From: a virus
Lineage: Duplodnaviria > Caudoviricetes
Virus record (IMG/VR): IMGVR_UViG_3300011337_000091
Coordinates: 1-36,992 of that record
DNA length: 36,992 nucleotides
Reading direction: 5' to 3' (one strand)
The translations under genes were made by a program, and so were the position numbers. The notes beneath the pieces are model-generated. The model ran no database searches. It was not told where the DNA came from and worked only from the letters and a program-made list of their open reading frames with translations. The first letter of the stretch is position 1. Every line of letters starts with the position of its first letter. Below, one piece after another: positions 34,414 to 36,992 of the stretch.

Positions 34414-35952
34414 CTAGAGTGTGAGCACGTCTTTATATAGTCCTAACAAATCATCTAATAAATTCCCCTTATGTTCAAGTGTTTTGTAAAATCTTTCTTC
34501 CACTGGTGATCCACACAAGTGTATAACAGTGCATGGCGCATCTTGACCCGCACGATGAACCCTATCATTTGCCTGCAAGTATGTCTCAACAGAAGGCGTC
34601 GGTGTCCACCATACAACAACATTAGCCGCTGTAAGGGTAATGCCGTGACTCGCACTTCGTGGTTGCAATATAAGCACTCGTGGCTCTGGTGTACTTTGAA
34701 ACTCCTCTACCAGCGCAGACCGCTTGGACAGCGATACCTGCCCATGAATAACCCCAACAGGAATATTGTTTCTGTTCATCAAACCCTCAAGCATAGCTAT
34801 GGAGTGCCTAAACGTAGCAAACACAATCACCTTCTTACTTGCTTCCTCAATAATATCAAGCAGTGCTTCCTGCCGACTGCTACAGTCGAACTCGATTACC
34901 TCTTTGTTATCTGAGTAGGCATTGCCCGATGCGATCTGCATAAGCTTGCTGAGATTGACCGCTGCGTTTGCTGTGGATATTTCTTCCCCTGCGGCTTCGA
35001 TAATCATTTGCTCTTTAAGTAGCTTGTAGTATTTCTTTTGTTGCGCTGACATAGGCACTTCTCGCGTTATATACATACGCGGTGGCAAATCAAGGCACTC
35101 TTCTTTGGTGAACCTAATTGCTGGCTGTAGCACCTTAAACACCATATCCATTGCGTTCTGGCGTGGTACATATTTAAACTGCGTAACCTTGAGCATCACA
35201 TCATCTCTAAACGCATTATAGTATTTAGGTACACTACTTGGGTTCATCAGTTTAGCAAGACCATACGCATCTGTAGGCAACTGAGAGGCAGGTGAGCCTG
35301 TAAGACCCCAAAGCCAAGTGTCAGCCTTAACCAGTTTGTTCATTGCTTTCCAGCGTCGTGTCTGCGCATTTTTATAGTGGTTATATTCATCAATAACAAT
35401 AAGGTCAAACTCAGCTCTCTCAATCGCATCCATAACAGAGATAATCCCATCATAGTTAATAACCACAATTTCACTATGCCCTTTAATCACCGCTTCGCGT
35501 ACATCCCTTGTACCATGTGCAATACCAACTGACCTGTGCATAATGGTTTTAAACGCATCGGCTTTCCACGCGCTGTGCATAATAGATAGCGGACAGACAA
35601 TAAGCACTCGCTTTATGTAGCCTTTATCCATCAAGTAATCCGCCGCCCAAAGCACACTGCTTGTCTTGCCAGTACCCATCTCGTTAAGGCAGTATGCCCT
35701 CTTATGTAGCGTGAGAAACCCAGCGGTTTCTTTCTGGTGTGCAAACGGTTTAAATATCCCGTGCCATTTATAGTCTTTATTGATAGGTGAGGGGATACCA
35801 CTAACACCCATATTCTTGAGCACCATGCACTCATCAAGACCCCAATGCACCAAGACATCATCGCCAACTACTTTACTCTTTGGGATAAACTCAGACACCC
35901 TACTCGGATTCTGAGCCTTAAAACGCAGGGCTTTATTACCTATAATTTCCAT
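34414..35952 (-). CDS. SNF2-like superfamily 2 helicase
   Basis: PF.HQ, NEMGTGKT, LIVCPLS, LIVIDE, LTGSP, HGITLTAA, QA.DR.HR.GQ; GAGGAG RBS. Confidence 0.9.
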   Translation of the reverse strand: MEIIGNKALRFKAQNPSRVSEFIPKSKVVGDDVLVHWGLDECMVLKNMGVSGIPSPINKDYKWHGIFKPFAHQKETAGFLTLHKRAYCLNEMGTGKTSSVLWAADYLMDKGYIKRVLIVCPLSIMHSAWKADAFKTIMHRSVGIAHGTRDVREAVIKGHSEIVVINYDGIISVMDAIERAEFDLIVIDEYNHYKNAQTRRWKAMNKLVKADTWLWGLTGSPASQLPTDAYGLAKLMNPSSVPKYYNAFRDDVMLKVTQFKYVPRQNAMDMVFKVLQPAIRFTKEECLDLPPRMYITREVPMSAQQKKYYKLLKEQMIIEAAGEEISTANAAVNLSKLMQIASGNAYSDNKEVIEFDCSSRQEALLDIIEEASKKVIVFATFRHSIAMLEGLMNRNNIPVGVIHGQVSLSKRSALVEEFQSTPEPRVLILQPRSASHGITLTAANVVVWWTPTPSVETYLQANDRVHRAGQDAPCTVIHLCGSPVEERFYKTLEHKGNLLDDLLGLYKDVLTL

Positions 35953-35989
35953 AGCTTCTCCTCAATCTGCTTACGGCAGCGAATCGTTA

Positions 35990-36214
35990 TTAAATTAAAT
36001 CTTCGTCTATATCTTCGAGCACATCAAACAAAGGTGGCTTATTCATACTCCTGTCAAAGTACCACGCTCTAATCGCTCGCTTACATAGCTTCCGTTCCCG
36101 TTTTGCAACCAGCAGTGTTAATGACACCAGCTCATCAATATGGCGTTCTATCGTTGAGTCTGAAATCCCTGCTTCTTGCGCTAGTTTTTCTACGCCACGT
36201 GTTGTTACTCTCAT
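35990..36214 (-). CDS. Hypothetical protein
   Basis: 74 aa; ATGA overlap with upstream gene; fills the operon gap. Confidence 0.6.
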   Translation of the reverse strand: MRVTTRGVEKLAQEAGISDSTIERHIDELVSLTLLVAKRERKLCKRAIRAWYFDRSMNKPPLFDVLEDIDEDLI

Positions 36215-36489
36215 CCCTTTCTATCATATGTGTTTTTAGGTTTATGGTTACTATCTCTTGCATAGCTTTGATTCTTTTTTCTGTCTTCCAAGAAATAGCC
36301 GTCTTTGTTTGAACCACCTTTGGACAGCGCCTTTACGTGTGCAACATCTTTACCCGTGCGGTCTATACCTTTTTTATCCATCGCTCTGCGAGCACGTTGG
36401 CGTTCTGCTCTTGCTTCAGGTGCCCCTGGGCGCTTCTTCTCAAGGGCTGACTCGTGTTTATAATCTCTGTTTTCTTTTTTGATTGGCAT
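36211..36489 (-). CDS. Small HNH-like protein
   Basis: RDYK.E, R..R.RARR.M, GKDVAH..ALSKGGSN.......N.S pattern of small phage HNH-like proteins. Confidence 0.6.
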   Translation of the reverse strand: MPIKKENRDYKHESALEKKRPGAPEARAERQRARRAMDKKGIDRTGKDVAHVKALSKGGSNKDGYFLEDRKKNQSYARDSNHKPKNTYDRKG

Positions 36490-36498
36490 ATCTTTTTC

Positions 36499-36992
36499 CT
36501 ATTTATGGCTCCCATTATGAACGCATGACAGCACTCCACAGTATTTTCTGCATAGTCCATTTGGGTTTGCGTTAAACACCCCAGACTCGTATGCGGCTTC
36601 TCTTCTAGCCAGCACTGGGGATAATGCCCCAAATATATCAAATCGCCGCTCAAATGTATATTCCTGTTTTACCAGTGCATTACACACCACAAATATCAAC
36701 GCACCCTTAATCTCTTTTACTTCTGGAAACTCAAGGAACACACAGGCGGCAAGCAGTCCAAGCTGCCTAGTATCCGCGTACTTTGCATCTTTGTTAGTTT
36801 TGTAGTCAATGACTCGAGCTGTCTCACCGTTAACGATAAGCAAATCAGCAACCCCTCTAAACCACACTTCATTATCGAAGAAGTCACATGGCTCAAGCAC
36901 ATCATCTACACTTTTAATACCAAACTTTTTCTCGCAATACTTATCACCAGGAAGTGCTTTTAATTTCTCGAGCATTCCGCTAATGAACTTGA
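36499..36992 (-). CDS. PD-(D/E)XK nuclease (RecB/Cas4-like), 5'-truncated by window edge
   Basis: E..F, RG.ADLLI, VIDYKT, QL.L.A, C-terminal LC..YC.V..C.H; frame stays open to the window end. Confidence 0.85.
   Translation of the reverse strand, partial: KFISGMLEKLKALPGDKYCEKKFGIKSVDDVLEPCDFFDNEVWFRGVADLLIVNGETARVIDYKTNKDAKYADTRQLGLLAACVFLEFPEVKEIKGALIFVVCNALVKQEYTFERRFDIFGALSPVLARREAAYESGVFNANPNGLCRKYCGVLSCVHNGSHK

Noticed and set aside
35953-35989. Small hairpin CTGC-TTACG-GCAG upstream of the helicase gene
   Set aside because: Only a 4-bp stem with no U tract; not enough to call a terminator or structured RNA
140-36905. Many short antisense or alternate-frame ORFs in the track (e.g. 11833-12285, 16702-17136, 20238-20501, 21378-21803, 22950-23483, 28438-29025)
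   Set aside because: They are shadows of real genes or of repeats, with no recognisable motifs
1-36992. Stop-codon reassignment or programmed frameshift in capsid/tail genes
   Set aside because: Genes tile densely under code 11, with TAA, TAG and TGA all ending intact genes; no convincing slippery site with an extended frame at the capsid gene end
1-36992. tRNA, rRNA, integrase or att site
   Set aside because: No cloverleaf or recombinase motifs seen; intergenic spaces are short and otherwise explained

Overview
This window is a ~37-kb segment of a tailed dsDNA bacteriophage genome. The architecture is podovirus-like and resembles uncultured aquatic phages with a Mu-gpT-like major capsid protein. 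The + strand (1-29691) is the virion/late module: capsid, small basic proteins, two adaptor-like proteins, a fibre cassette, holin and M15 endolysin, a gp10/tubular-B-like nozzle, a free-standing HNH-AP2 endonuclease, and four large putative ejection proteins. The - strand (29718-36992) is the convergent replication module: AEP primase-SF3 helicase, SSB-like protein, HTH protein, SNF2-like helicase, small HNH-like protein and a PD-(D/E)XK nuclease. No tRNA, CRISPR array, integrase or reverse transcriptase was seen. The main signals are: (1) a recurring [FYM]-[AK]-[AEKS]-G-G motif confined to putative capsid-internal proteins, where it borders cargo-like modules including an ART-like domain; (2) mirror-symmetric, length-matched 7+7 repeat arrays in one ejection protein; (3) a promoter-driven pseudoknotted RNA downstream of the capsid gene; (4) an RBS-sequestering hairpin with an overlapping promoter in front of the homing endonuclease. 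All product calls come from motif recognition and gene order, not database searches.
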